NCBI GenBank assembly: GCA_035084275.1
Contig: CM068743.1
Coordinates: forward strand, 52,204,001 to 52,268,000
Direction: 5' to 3'
DNA: 64,000 bases
DNA from: Hydrolagus colliei
Lineage: Eukaryota
Of this stretch, positions 48,181 to 62,207 are shown one piece after another; position 1 is the first letter of the stretch, and the number at the start of each line of letters is the position of its first letter. A program made the translations under genes and the position numbers. The notes under the pieces were generated by a model. That model was not told where the DNA came from. It made no database searches and worked only from the letters and a program-made list of their open reading frames with translations.

Positions 48181-51100
48181 TAGAGGCATATTAGCCTTGT
48201 CTGGACTTATTGTGAAAAGGATTTTATATATATTGTACAAGGATTGCATATTTTTGCCCACTTAAGTCCTCCAGTTTATTCAGGTCACCCGGGTATCTGA
48301 CCCATGCAGAAACTATTAAGCATGCTTAATAGTATCCAAGCCAACCTGAAATTCCATGCATCCTGCCTCCAGAGATGGAATGTTGGAATGGAATACACAC
48401 TCTCCCTAGAAGGTCGCATCCTGTTTACCTAATTCTGGAAAGTATTATGTGCAAGTGGGCAGGAGCCAGGATTTGGGGACCCAAGAGTGTATGTTGGGTT
48501 CTGCTGGAGTTTAACTAGCCAGAACAGCAAAGTTTGCCATTGATAACACAGTCTGAGAAGCTTTCCTGCTGCTTGTCAAGTCAGGGCCACTCTACCCGTT
48601 AGGGTTTGGTTTACAAGGTTAACGGCCTGAATGGGAGGATTCCCTGTCCCCAGTGAACCAGGGCCTGGATGTTTTCCAGTCCTTGCCCAGGTCACTTCAC
48701 TGAATAATAATTTGCGGATTTTATTGCATTGCGACTTTGCTAGGGTTCCACTGCAAACAGACCAAATTAAATAATAAATTCCACGAACGGAGAAATGAAT
48801 GCAGTAAATTGTATCATCCGTCTATAATAACCCTTTCAATGAAATAACCTCAACAGCATATTTGGAAACCATAGGTGCAATTTCAACAACAAAATGATTT
48901 TACAATAGGGGACATGCATATTTGAAATAATAAAGGTCAACAAATGTTTGGTGAAGCAAAATAAAATAAGATCAAGTTCAGCTTCCCATATAACTTTGAT
49001 AATAGTTTGAAATAGTACTCTTCTCATTTAAAAATAAACCTCTTGTGCTATTTTTATCTTAATACATGTCATTATTTGCAACGGAAACAACAATGTTTGA
49101 TTTTAATGCATTATCATTGCTTCTACTGGGGTCAGTATCAGGTTGAAATTAGTTCAGGTCAGTTTTCCATGGAAGCTTACAGCAGCTTATGGACTCTTGA
49201 CATTCATCTTCACTATGAAATGGGAAGAGATCTGGAAAGTGCACAAGATACAGTATCTGAAGGTTTTCAAGTCGGATGTTTAGAAACTTCATCTATTGCA
49301 TAAAAATATCCAGTCTCTGCAATAACATCACAAGAAACTTGGACTTATTCAGCACCTTCAAACACAGCAGTGAGAAACAACTAATGTATAACTACAAATT
49401 AATTGTTTGTGGTTTTTAAAGGTCTTACAGCCCATGATTTCCCATGTATTTAATCAGTAGTTGTATAATCATACTAGAGTAATTCAGATTTTTTAAATCC
49501 TAAAGTGCTCACATGGTTATGGTTCTTTGATTCTGCGAAAACATTATCCTCATGAATGGGATGTGGTCAGGACTGAAATTTTACAAGGACTGAAATTTTA
49601 CAAGCAAAAAAAGTAAGTTGGATCACATTCCCCCTTTTGAACAAAATTGTGCCAGTTTTTCACAGTGGAATCAAGTATTTAACAGAAATGACTGAGTCTC
49701 ACTCAAAGCAAATGAACCCTTGCCAGTCTGGTTTACTGAAACTTCAACAAATGCAATATCCGGAAAAGTGGTACTTGAAATAGACAGTGTATAAAATACA
49801 GAGTTCCTTGCACTGCACCCATTCCAGTGGAATGCAGAATGCAAACTGCGTTTAACAAATCCTTTAGTCCATTTAATTCTCCGTGAATGCTATAATCTGT
49901 ACATGAAAACTGATGTGAGACAAATCCTACACAGACACGTTTGTAACATTGATATTTTCACAATGTAAATAGTGTATCAGCAGATTGACATTGCAGTCAA
50001 TGTTTGCCTAATGCCAATGTGCTGTTTAAACAGTTAAACCCCAAAACACAGTTTTTATTTTTAAAAAGTGCAGTTTCATTTGTTTGCTCTGCGTTCACAC
50101 CGTTAACCAAACACACTGCCAGGGGTTTGAAATTTGGATTTTATTTCACTCATATTTCTACAGACTCTCTTGCTCAGGAAGTTAAACATGACTTCTGCTG
50201 ACTGATGTATAATATTTTCTTGAAGGATATAAATCAGCATACCTGGCTAGGAAATGAAACATGTTCTAGAATGGTTTCATTGGCAAGCTGTGATCTTAAA
50301 TTGCTTGTGGAAATCTACATACATTGTATATGTCTTCTACTGTTTCAGGACATTTCTACCTTGTTACACAATGTCAAATTCTGTTTGATTATTATTCCTA
50401 AATGGTTTCTAACATTTGTGTTCCGCAGTATTTTCACTTGCTTTACAACAGAGTTATTTTCAGGCTACTTCAATTCACAAAAGCAGAAATGAATTTGAAA
50501 GAATGTTACATTGGAAACAGAGCTAAATATTATTCTCTCTGAAATACTTCTGGATCATATTAGAAACAAAGGAAAACAAGAAGAGGAAGAAGCCATTCAA
50601 TCCATTGCGCCCTTTCCAGCAGTCCCACCAGATCTTGTCTGATCTTTTAATCGTAATCCCTTGCCCTTTTGCCAAATCCCATTATTCTTCTGATATCTGT
50701 CTAACCTTCTTACTCGCATTAGTTGTGTTAGTTCTATGTTTAGTTCTACTTTTAAGCTTATACCCCTTTGTGTTGGAAGCCCTGCCATAGGGACAAGTCA
50801 TGCACTTTATGCACTTTCCACTATTATGCAGTGGAAACAATATAGTAAATACAACAGAGGTTAAAGTTTGTTTTATTTCATCAATAGATACATATGTGCC
50901 TGAAATGCATTGATTCGCATAATTCCTCAAGAGATGGTCTGTGGTCTATGAGATTACGTGCTGACATTTAATCAATCGCTTGCTGTTTATTTTTGATGTT
51001 TTCCCCTTTTAATTTCAACCCCTCATCACCTTTGCAGCTGAGCCATGCTTCATACAGGAGAAAGGTTTCAATAAATGCGGCGTGTTCTGTTGGCTCTCCC

Positions 51101-51599
51101 GAGTGGCTATAATTTGAATGTAAGGCCGGACAGAGGAGTTAGAAACACTGTGGTCTCAACAGAATAGAATTCATGAAAGAGTCTGTACATATTGAATCCT
51201 GCCAGTAACTGGACGTGCAATATGCTGATACTACTCCACTCTGATACAACAGGAGGAAATTGGTTTGGATTCCAGCTCCTGTGGGTTAGACGTGGTACCA
51301 GCAGGATTCAATATTTACTAATCCGCTGCAAATCCTGTTGTGAATACTGCACTTTAGACTCCATTCATGTACAACGGGAACCAGATAGTCTCCAGGTTAG
51401 CCACATCGAGGAGTACATTTTCCCCACAGAATCTCTGGGGATAATAAACACCACGATTTGTTAGTTGGTTTGGTGAAATGTTATTGGTGCCGGAATTTTT
51501 TTCACCTTAAGTGCAAACTCTACCAGAATTTCTCGGTTTCAATCTTGAAAAACAAACACAGAAAAACCACCGCAATGTTTATCACCAGTAAAGACGAAC

Positions 51600-52432
51600 A
51601 TCCGATGACCTTTCCACAGTGAATGTTAGAAGGAAAGAAGTGGATTTTGATGCCAGCTTATACATCATGACCTGAGTACAAAGTCTAAATTGTCTCTCCA
51701 GTACTAGAGATCTATCCCAGAGAGGATCGACTTCAAGATCCTCACCCTTGTTTTCAAATCCCTCCACTTCTCTGCACCCCCCTATCTCTCTGATCTCCTC
51801 TCCCCACAAACCAGCACCCGCTGCCTTCGTTCCTCTGGGTCTGGCCTACTCCATGTCCCCCGAGTCCTCCGCTCCACCCTCGGCGGCTGTGCCTTTAGCC
51901 ACTACGCCCCGAGGCTCTGGAACTCCCTTCCTCACTCGCTTCGCCTCGCCCCCTCTCTTCCCAGTTTCAGGTCACAGTTGAAGACCCTTCTCTTCGACCG
52001 AGCTTTTGATCACCTTCCTGCCCCTGCTCCTGGCTCGGTCCCGGGATCCGCTACTGTGAAGCGCTCTGAGACGCCGTCTGGCATGGAGGGCGCTATATAA
52101 ATCGAAGTTGTTGTTGTTGTTGTTGTTGTAGAGATGCTATCCTTCAGATAAGACTTTGAGCTGAGGATCCACGTGTCTGGATAGGTGGATGCTGAACATC
52201 CAGTTACACTATTTAAAAAGAGATAGGCGTTTTTCCTGGTGTCCTAATGAAAAAACCTCCAGATAAATTAATCATTCATTTCATGGCTTCTTGATCAATC
52301 AATTATTTGCAAATGGACTGGTATGTTTGCCTAGAATATATATTTATAGACACTATACATGGTAATAACTACCTATGAAGTTTTTAGAGAAGTTTTAATG
52401 TTATCGGTAATGTAACACAAGCATTATTATTA
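51600..52432 (+). mobile_element. Ancient Deu-domain SINE split by an L2 insertion
   Basis: After the L2: gctatccttcagataagac..gctgagg...aggtggatg...cactatttaaaaagag..ggcgtttttcctggtgtcct, which follows the Deu-domain order. Confidence 0.6.
51712..52128 (+). mobile_element. L2 3' fragment (subfamily B), relatively young
   Basis: CpG largely intact; tail ctgtgaagcgctctgagacgccgtctggcatggagggcgctatataaatcgaa(gtt)n; flanked by tagagat on both sides. Confidence 0.93.
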
Positions 52433-53074
52433 GCTGCAATGGCTCAATGCAGACTGTGGATTGGCAAAGTCGTTTCACAGTTCCACATGAAATATAGCCT
52501 CTGTGGTCAGTCAAAGTTTGTTAAATCGTAAAAGTAAAAAAGTAAATTAAATTCCAATTAAATTTATTTTTTTATAAACTGCAAAGCCCCCATGCCATAG
52601 TTTATTGCACCACAGGAGGGCGCATGTTGCCCAACACACTCAATGCTTTGCTGCAATTTTCCATCTGTTGCACCAGGTGGCAGAGATACCTCATTTTATT
52701 TGAGCAGTTCAGGTTAAAGCCAGGGCCACCGCTTTAATTTGTACATCAAAGCTCTGAGAACCACTTCTTTCCTTGTGAGATTATTTATGAGTGTTTGTCG
52801 CATTTTGCTTTTTTAACATCACACTGAACCACACATGAGTTATACTTGGCTTGGTCAGACACTTCTATCTTTCAGACTTGTTTGCATTACAGTACTATAT
52901 TCCATTTGAAGAGCCATGATTTGGGAGATTGATAGAGTCAAGGTCATCTCATAATAGAAAGCTGTGGTTATGAAGTTATGTGGTTATCAGCACTTGAAGC
53001 TGCTTTGATAATAAATGAAAAGACAATAACAATAATACTAATACTTGCATTTGATACTAGTAATTCTTCCAGTT

Positions 53075-53435
53075 GATAATAATAATCTTTGCATTTGATA
53101 TAAGACCTCATCATGTACTGTAAAGTCGATTGATCATATTTTTGGGGCAAAATGCGGCAGCCAATTAAAAAGACCATCTGATTTGGGAGTTTTCCATATT
53201 TATGGAATACTAAAATATCACTCTTGAGATTGGTCTTTTAACAGCAACAAATGCAAATGTCTTCAGAATTTTCAAGGGAGCATTCATGCATTTGCAGTGC
53301 TGTGTGCAGTTGGCTGCTGTGTTTCGCTCACAAATACACAGTCAATTTACTGTATATTCTGTGAAGCACTTTGAGCTGTCTAGAGCTATATCAAAATGCC
53401 AGGATTATTATTATGGAAATACAAGGATTATTATT
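53075..53435. mobile_element. Two SINE 3' fragments in divergent orientation (53075-53165 minus; 53295-53435 plus)
   Basis: Both match the SINE tail consensus. Confidence 0.7.
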
Positions 53436-53985
53436 TATGCTTTGATTCACACAGCCTCCAAACCAACCTCCTCTACAAGCCCCAAATTCCACTGTCTTAG
53501 CCTACATGACAATTTTTGTCCTAAACTTTAAGGTAATGCAGAATTGTGGAAAAGATCAGCTTTAATTTGGAAGCCGGGCCTTTTAAAAACTACAGAAAAT
53601 GGTTACCAAATTGAGAATGAACTTTAAGAATTTTCTATAGTTTTATGCAGTTGAAAATTTTAAAGCAAAATGATCTCACAGGCTAAGATGGTGCCATTTT
53701 GGGCCACAAGTGGTTTCAGGAACACTGCCGCACCACGATGTTTGTACCACAAGTGGAGCATAAGAGACATGTCACTTTTCTCTTACTCTTCAATGCACCA
53801 GTTAAAACATAAATGTAGAGTCCTTAAAACTGCATCTTATCGACAGAAAACATAATTCAAACAAAAATAGTCAAAAATAAACAAAACAGTGTTAAATGTT
53901 AGCAATATGTTTTTATGTCTTTGATACTTCTGAAAGGGTTAGAGGGATAAATAGTGACAGTTTCCTTAACAGGTTTTCTTCAACA

Positions 53986-54355
53986 GGAGTTTTGTAGCTT
54001 AGTGTTTGGAGCACTTGCCTTCATAAATGAGAGGACCTGGGTTTGATTCCCGGCAGGGCAAAATCTTGGGCAAGGTTCCTTACTCCACATGCCTATGTTT
54101 ACCTAGTAGTAAATAGGAACCCAGTTGTTAATCGATTTGCAGATCATTTTTCCAGGGGTAATAATCCCTTCAAAATAAATAAATAATAATAATTTGATCA
54201 CTCAATCCACATATGTTTGTGGGACACTGTTGTGTGCAATTGGATGCCACGTTTCACCCACAAAAAAATATAAAGACAATTCACTTTACAGTACATTCTG
54301 TGAAGCACTTTGAGACATCTCAAAAACGAGCTATATGAAAGTATTGTATTATTAT
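53986..54355 (+). mobile_element. tRNA-derived SINE, full length (long variant)
   Basis: Head with B-box ggtttgattcc; includes the ~60-bp tgtttacctagtagtaaataggaaccc...ccagggg segment. Confidence 0.9.
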
Positions 54356-56039
54356 TTGAAGGCTTACCATTGAAAATAAACACTGTTGAATACAACAATG
54401 AGGAGAGGAATGATTTAATTTAATTTTTCTTGTCATATTAAAATATTCTAGAAACCACATTGTACATTAATTCCAATGGACAGTACAAGTGCAACATTAG
54501 AGCAACTTTCATAAAACATCACAGTATATTTGTACACAATGTACAGAGTTTGTGCATCAAAGAACAGTGAATCCATGCTTAAATACACGTGAATTGTCCT
54601 AGATATGCTCTAAAATTAAATTGCAATCATATGAAGGGAAATTCTGCTTCTACTTTGGGAGATGTTGTTATGGTAGTATCCTCCCATTATGAGGAAGGCA
54701 GGCAGCCGGTTGCCAATATCAACCTGTCATTCAGAAAGAAAAATAACACTGATCTCCATTCAGTTGTCAAGTACAACACTGAACAGAGATGTTCCACAGT
54801 GCACCAGTGGCTGACACAGAGTGGTACTGACGGTGACAATATAAAAGGCAATGGTCACTCATCTGTACTCACAGCCTTGATTTAACTGTAGGCAATGTTT
54901 GTTCCTTGAAAAAAAGGAACATGGGAGGGAGAAAGGGCAAACTTGCATGTGTATACCGTGAATAAACTGCTCCTAAAGCTATCTCCGACAAATGCCTGAA
55001 ATTTCTGTTCCTAGCTTATTGGACAGTTTTATTTTAAAACTTGCCTAGTTCATTTGTAAAACCTTTGCAGTTACTCTACTTATAATGATCATTTGTTCCG
55101 CATGTCTATCACATGCCGAACAATGTTTAAAAGAATGTTTTTTATGTTTAAAAAAAACTCCAACACTTCATATTCTCTTTCATTTTCCATAAATTGAGAA
55201 TTTATCTAGACGTAAAAGTGCATCACTTACATTTCTTTAACTAAAAACTAAAGTTAAATAAGAGTTAGAGTTCAATGTAAAGCATTCCCTTTTAAACACA
55301 ATATTCAGAGTTTAACATTACCTGGACAAAATAAGATGGGAACTTGTTGAGTATAATATAAGCTGCGGAAATATTGGCAAACAATTATTCACGTGTGGAG
55401 TTGAATATTGATTGATTAACTCATTATGCATTCATTTCAACTCTCAGCATTGTATGGAAAGACCCCTCCAATTGTGGATGTTATAGATTTTTTAAATAAA
55501 AGTTCCCATTAAAATTTAAAATTACACTTTAAAAATGATACTCATTTGATAAGTGGCTGTTCAGTTGTACGTGCTGACTCAGGTTTAATCCTTTCCTGGT
55601 TCATGTTGCATTCGTCCACAAATTGAAATTTTAATAAATATAAAATTCAATAGTGCCCACGATAACATTTTAACTCTGAGGACAATTGTGATTTTACTTG
55701 CTTCATTTTGGAGGTATTAATATCTAAAGGCTGATAAATTGTGATTGTCAAATCTCTTTGCTGCAGACTTGAGATATTCATATAATGAAACCAAAATCAA
55801 ATCCACTGTCAACCCTTTACTTTCAGAGGCACTGAAGATCATTCCATCCTTCAACCCCTGGTCATGTTTTCTTTTCAATCACAGTTACAGGAATGAATTT
55901 CTATCAATGTCCATGGAATGATACGATACAGAATTAGAAAAAAATACCAAATATAAAACATGATGTCCTAAAATTCATTCTCGGATTTAACTCCAATCTT
56001 GTTCCACGTTTTCTTAGTTGAGTGTAACAGTGATGTTGT

Positions 56040-56300
56040 AAACATTGTGAAGCATCAGTCCTTGTAACCTACTGATTCCATTTACCACAATACTAACCAA
56101 CTCTGAATTGAATAAGCATGAATCCTCTTGCTTGACAGGCACTTGTCTGTTTCATTTATTAAACCCTCTGTAGTCTCTTGTTGCATTACCTGTGTTTGTA
56201 GTCTGATCCTCATGTCAATCACGTTTTTACTAAAAACATATTTCCGACACTTTATGTTCTCTTTTGTAGTCCATATTTTGAGGCTATAACTCCCTTGATC
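56040..56300 (-). mobile_element. Old CR1 3' fragment
   Basis: ORF QGSYSLKI....NIKCRKYVFSKNVIDMRIRL resembles TRGH..KL....RK.FFSQRVV..WN.L. Confidence 0.6.
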
Positions 56301-58284
56301 TGGAATTTTGCATGCAGCGAAAAAATCTGAATCCAAATTTTCAAACCCTTCATAATCCAAAATACCATTGGCATATAAATCATTCTGGGAGCTTCCTGAG
56401 GTTAAGGAGATGTGATGACTTTTAAAATAAAACTCTACTTATTTGTAATGCAAAAGATGATCTATTAATATGATTACTTGGTAACAATGAAAATTCCAGT
56501 CTAGCTATTAATAAAGTAATGAGAGTTGAGGAAAACATGAGTTGCAGCCAAATGCCTCAGCGAAGTCTCTTTTTCCAATCTAACATAAGCTATTGCAGAA
56601 TGTCAATTATTAACAACACCAGATGGATTTGAAGCCCTAATGAAAAAAAAGTGGTTTTAATTTAAATGCCTGATGATCTCCAAAAGGAAATAGAGTCAAA
56701 AACTGAATCTGACTGATTGCTATAACTAGCAAACCGGGCACTGCGTTCATTTGATTCTGGGTGGATGTGAACATAAATGGAATGATAATAGAAATTATTA
56801 TCCAATATTCTATTGGCCACATAACATATTCTCAGTCAGTTAGACACATGCCATTGCATCAAGTAGCCAGTCACAGAGAAGATGATGACATAAGTAAGGA
56901 ACTGGGTAATACCAACACACAGTGTTACTTTACTGAACAACAACACAAGTTTCCCCAGGAATAACGCACCCTTCAACATTTGGCACTCCATTCAAACAGA
57001 TCCCGCAGTCAGAGCTCTAGAAGCAGGGAAATATTATTTCACTTTCTTTCTATGGTAATTTGAAATGATGTTGTACTGCATCACTTTAATTTACAGCGAC
57101 CCAATCGTACCACTGTTGTTTAGCTTATCATTTGCATTCATTCCTTTCTGTTTCTGTTTGATGGAACAAATAAAAAGGGAGATTATAGTAATCATGTTTC
57201 ACCAACAGGCTTGTATGCTCTTCCAGCCTTTTTATTCAAACTTTGTGAAGCAAATAATGAAAAAATTATATTTAGCTCAGGGCTGGTTCTGATCAGACTG
57301 AACTGATCTCGTCTAAGATACTGCACCCAAGATTAATATGTTCATTATCATCATATTAAGACATTGTCGACAGCAATTAAATTGACCTTTTCAGAGCTTT
57401 TTAAATTTACCTATCTTTCTGATTGCTATAACACTTTAGATATGATTCAATAGAATCTTTGCTTTCTCCTTCTCATTTACCTCATGAGCGTGTTGTCACA
57501 AGTTTGGTCATCATTTTCCCGAATCCAGGAATTGTTTTTCTCTTTGAGATCTTTAAATTATCAACCCAACTACCCTGGCCAATTTGGGAGGGGGTTATGT
57601 GGAGGTGTGGAGGAGGGATTTGATTTCATTTGCAATTCTCCTCTACCAATGTTAAATAATTAGGTTAAATAATCTGTGCATTTTTGGACAGGGAGCATTT
57701 CACGTCAGGATGGTGTCACAAAGCACTTCCCAGGATTTGCCTTAACTCTAGTGACTGTTTAGTACATTTGGAATACTGTAATATTGTATTTTTTCTGTGT
57801 CTTAGTTTCCTAAGGCATGGTTCATGGAATACTGTTCTGAAGGTGCTGACTTGTAGCTGCTTCGATGCACATAGTACTGTATTCCCATTTCATGTCACGG
57901 TCAATTGGTCAATTGTTAGAAAAGAAAGTGCTTGAATAATATCCTTATATTATGTCCTTATCGTCATATTATATTCTAAACCTCAAGTACTCTGCTTTAC
58001 TAAAAACCTTGTGTCTTCTGACTCTCTCTGCCTGCTGTTCTTTAGCTGAGTGCTGTGAATATACTTTGTGCAGCATAGGGTGTGCTCCTAGAAGGTATGT
58101 ACTCTGTTATTCTGTTGATATCATAATATTTCTTTGCATTTGATATAGAGCTCGCAACATTGACAAATAAGTGTAGTGACTGTATCTGTTGACAAATGAT
58201 GTGGCTGGTTTATGGACAGAAATGTCCCACAAACAGCAAGGAGTGAAACTATGACCAGTTTTTAATCTGAAGGTTTAGCTATAT

Positions 58285-58612
58285 AATAATAATCCTTGCA
58301 TTTGATATAGTGCTTTTCACATCTTATTGATGTCCAAAGCGCTTCACAGAATATACTGTAAAGTGAATTGACTGTATATTTGTGGGCGAAATGCGGCAGC
58401 CAATTGCACACAGCAGTGTCCCACAAACAGTCGTGGATTGAAATGACCAATTTTATTATTGTGGTTTTTTTGGACGGATTATTATTAGGTGTGTGGAGTA
58501 AGGAAACTTGCCCAAGGTTTACCGTGACCTGCCTGGGTTCAAACACAGGTCTCTCCAGCTTGGTCTCCCCAGCTTGCAAGACAAGTGCTGTAACCACTAA
58601 GCCACAGGAGCT
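58285..58612 (-). mobile_element. tRNA-derived SINE, full length; an older SINE tail lies at ~58130-58260
   Basis: Near-consensus. The head carries a small internal duplication (ggtctctccagctt ggtctccccagctt). Confidence 0.92.
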
Positions 58613-59814
58613 GTATTATCCCTGCACTGATTTTTCTTAAAGCATTACTATAATAAAATGAAATATACTTGCAAGCATGGCTGCCAAAGAGCCCTCACAA
58701 GGCTATGCAATACAGTTCCTATGTCAAAGGAACATATACCATTTATATCCTTGAGCCAATGCCAAATTGCCTCAACCGCCTAACCACTTGTGCTGTATGC
58801 TCAGCGTAGAAAACAATCAAGTTTACATTTCCTAGTCCTGAAAAGCAGCAGCCATTGTATTATGTAAAATAACAAATGTCTGTGAGATCGTCTGCAATGT
58901 AATGCAGCGTTAGCATGTAGATGAGCTCGCAAACATCTTGAACTTCACGTTCATGATTTGTAGAATCATCTAAGCCTCTTGATCAACTACCTTTCAGGGT
59001 ATCTATTATTCTATATGTAAGGAAAGCGCAACCTCATTACCGTGCTGACACTTATTATACCTGGCAATGTTACAAGTGCGTTGTATTTTGATGCTGCATT
59101 TTCTAACACTGTCAGTTCTTATCTTACTGAATATCTTTTGCTGTATTTAAATAATGCTCTTATTTATATTTTACAATGGAGCACTCATGTGAAGGATAGC
59201 TGGTAAAATAAACATGTCAGGCCTGAAATTTTTCAGTGTCTTAGCCACAAGACTGTTGCCTTAAAGTGCATGATTTTAAAGGAATCTTGAAATCTGTCTT
59301 GATTTGGATGAAAGCTCTCCGAGATTCTTTTTGGCAACTACATTAAACGACTTCCAAATTAAGATATTTCCAAACATCTGCAAAAGTTTAAAATGGTCTT
59401 AAGGCTAATTCAAATTAACTTCTCATGCAATACATAAATTCTACTCTGCTTATTTCAAGAAAGGTATTCCTAGAGCCTAACTTTGTGAGGTAGACTGAAT
59501 GTTAATTCACTGAACTATTTCTTCATTTGGACTGTTCCGTGAACACTGTATAGTGAAAAGTGATTATTCTACTATTTTCTATTTCTTTTCATATTGTGAA
59601 CAATATGATGGTGCAGCACTGGAGCAGTTGAATACTGTATGTCTTATTGACTGAAACAGGCAACGTTAACTGACATCAGACAAAGTGTGGATATAGAATA
59701 TTGCATTATATTGTGTGCATATTTAAGATTAATTTAACATAGGATTTATTGCAGTTTGTGAATCCACTTTTTCCAATATTAATAATGATAGCCATAATCA
59801 CACTCATAATCATC

Positions 59815-60110
59815 ATAATAATCCTTGTAATTCATCCAGCACTTTATTGCATAATTGAGAGGTCTCAATTCACGGATACACTAATTGACTATTTCATGGG
59901 TGAAATGTGGCAGTCAACTTGTGCACAGCAATGTAACCTCAAACAGCCATAGAATTACCATTTAAAAAAAAATTGTGACCCTGTTGGCCAGGACACTAGG
60001 AGAAACACTTTTCTCTTTTCAAATAGTGCCTTGGGATATTTAAGGTCCACCTAAACAGGAACCTCAGTTTAATGACTCATCTGAAGCACATATCTAAGTA
60101 TGTCATTCTA
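59815..60110 (-). mobile_element. Ancient Deu-domain SINE relic
   Basis: gttggccaggacactaggagaaacact..ctcttttcaaatagtgccttgggatatttaaggtccacct...cctcagtttaatg.ctcatctgaa is the reverse complement of the Deu core. Confidence 0.8.
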
Positions 60111-61522
60111 TGACGCTGAGCAACACTATTCTGGATCCATCAACTGTGAGACAGAAAACATGATCAAGTAAGACCGCATGATGTACAATATATGTACTGT
60201 ATTACAGAGGTCATTGTATCTTTTTCATTTAAAACTGTGTGCCAATTTAATATTGCATTGTTCTGGTGGAAAATATGTTTAAAAGATGAATGTCAAGAGT
60301 GTGTAATTTACTTTAAAAACAAAATAAGGAATATTGTGACCTCCAACATTGAAATGGTTAAAAGTGCAGATAGTTTCACTGTGGACACCTGTGGTTGCCA
60401 AGGAAATTGTGTTTGTCTTCTGGTGTGGAAATGGTTCCTGACTCCCATCTTATTCAACACCTAGGTCTCACCTTTCATGTTCTGATCAGTGCCTCCTTCT
60501 TGGCAGTGACTTCAGAGCACAAAGCAACAAAGCCAAGAGCTTTCAATGTGTCTGCATTGCTTTGTGTTAATCAGTGTCATTCAACATTCACCAAGGTAAA
60601 CTGACACCATTCATTGATCTCAATCCAGCGAGCATGTAATGCATCATATGTGGGTGTTAACTTTAGCAGCAGGGAACAAAAGGTATAGAAAGTCAACATA
60701 TATTTAAAATACAGTGTATGCACACTAATGCATAAAACACACCAGGCACATCCAATAGTATTTTAAACATTCTGTATATTATTTTCTTCACTTGACATAC
60801 AGTTGCTATGGCTGTGTACAAAGGCATTGATTAGGGAAATGCTTGTCTTTTATTGCAGTGAATACAATATTTGAATGAGAACCTTTGTGCAGCTTTCACA
60901 TGTTTGCAGCAAGCATGGTCAGGGAACATCTTAACTTCTTATCAGCTTCCCTCAAGATATATTAATTGTTGGTTTATATTGCTTTTGATAGTGCTCTAAG
61001 GATAGAGAGTATGTGAATGAAGCATAGAGGTGAGAAATTAACCTGAACGTCTTTGAATTATAAACTTTGATAATATACAGATTTGGGAGTAACTCACTCC
61101 CTCTCTTCCCATCCCTGATTTCCTCAAACTAGTTGGTCCTGAAACAAGTCTGTGAAGATCATCAACCTTCAATGTAACATGGTTCCTGGGATCATGGGCT
61201 TGAATGAACTTTTTAAAGTTGAGTTAAACCAGTGGCCCAAGACTGAAATGGTGGGGTTGGTGTGGTGACAAACCCAATGGCTAACTCAGGTCAGTCTCGA
61301 ACTCAATTAATCTGACAACATCAAGGGGGTGGAATTTTCAACAGTGTGATAATATCACTGGTGATAATTAGCACATCACCACAAATTTTTCATGCACATC
61401 ATTTTATCAGGATAGCGTCACATTGAAGTTGTAAAGGTGTCTGTCTCCTGAAGACTCGCTCCTTTCAACATGTTTGAAAATAATTTATTAACAATAAGGT
61501 GATTTTTCAAGCAGAAGAAGAA

Positions 61523-61620
61523 GAATAATCCTTGCATTTAATGTAACGCTTTTCACATTTTGGTGACTCAAAGCGCTTCACAGAATTTACTGTAAAGTGA
61601 ATTGACTGTGTATTTGTGTA
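61523..61620 (-). mobile_element. SINE 3' fragment
   Basis: aataatccttgcattt...aaagcgcttcacagaatttactgtaaagtgaattgactg. Confidence 0.8.
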
Positions 61621-62207
61621 CGAAAGAACCACCTGATTGAACTTTGGTCTGAAATATTACAGGTCTGCAATATCTATCAGTAGATTATTCCAGCTGACAG
61701 GTGTCAGTGAGTATCTCAGACACAGTATCTCCACGTGCTGGCTACTACAAGAAATTGTCAATCATTTGCAGCACCTCCTCCTCACACTGACAAACAGCGC
61801 TCCTGAATTGGCCATGATGATTTACAGGGATGTCTGCAGTGGACATTCATCATCCAACTTCTATAAATTTAGCAATGGGCAGAAACGGAGAGTTACATAT
61901 TCTCTGTAGGAACACAACTTGTGTTTGTATGGCATCCATAAGGTTTGTTCCTCCCTAGCTAGACCAAGACCTGAAAATTCAGCAAAAATGACACTGAGCA
62001 TAAAGGATAAATGAGGCAAGCAGTGTTCTTTGGAAAAATGAACTGGCGAGTGAGAGCAGAGGGCTGAACTCACGAGTGTGTTGTCAGCAAGTGCTTGATA
62101 TTTCAGTAAACCACACCTCAGACCTTATTCATGTACAGTACTTTCTATTCACCTTGCTTCCTCAATGCAATCTGTAAATAGTCCGAACAGTTGCTTGTGG
62201 GAGAAAT

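Noticed and set aside
49569-49604. 17-bp direct duplication aggactgaaattttaca (a similar one lies at ~29492-29521)
   Set aside because: Simple local tandem duplication with no further structure.
61135-61180. Possible further hammerhead/Penelope remnants (also ~6455-6545 and ~39285-39330)
   Set aside because: Too degenerate; the core nucleotides cannot be assigned by eye.
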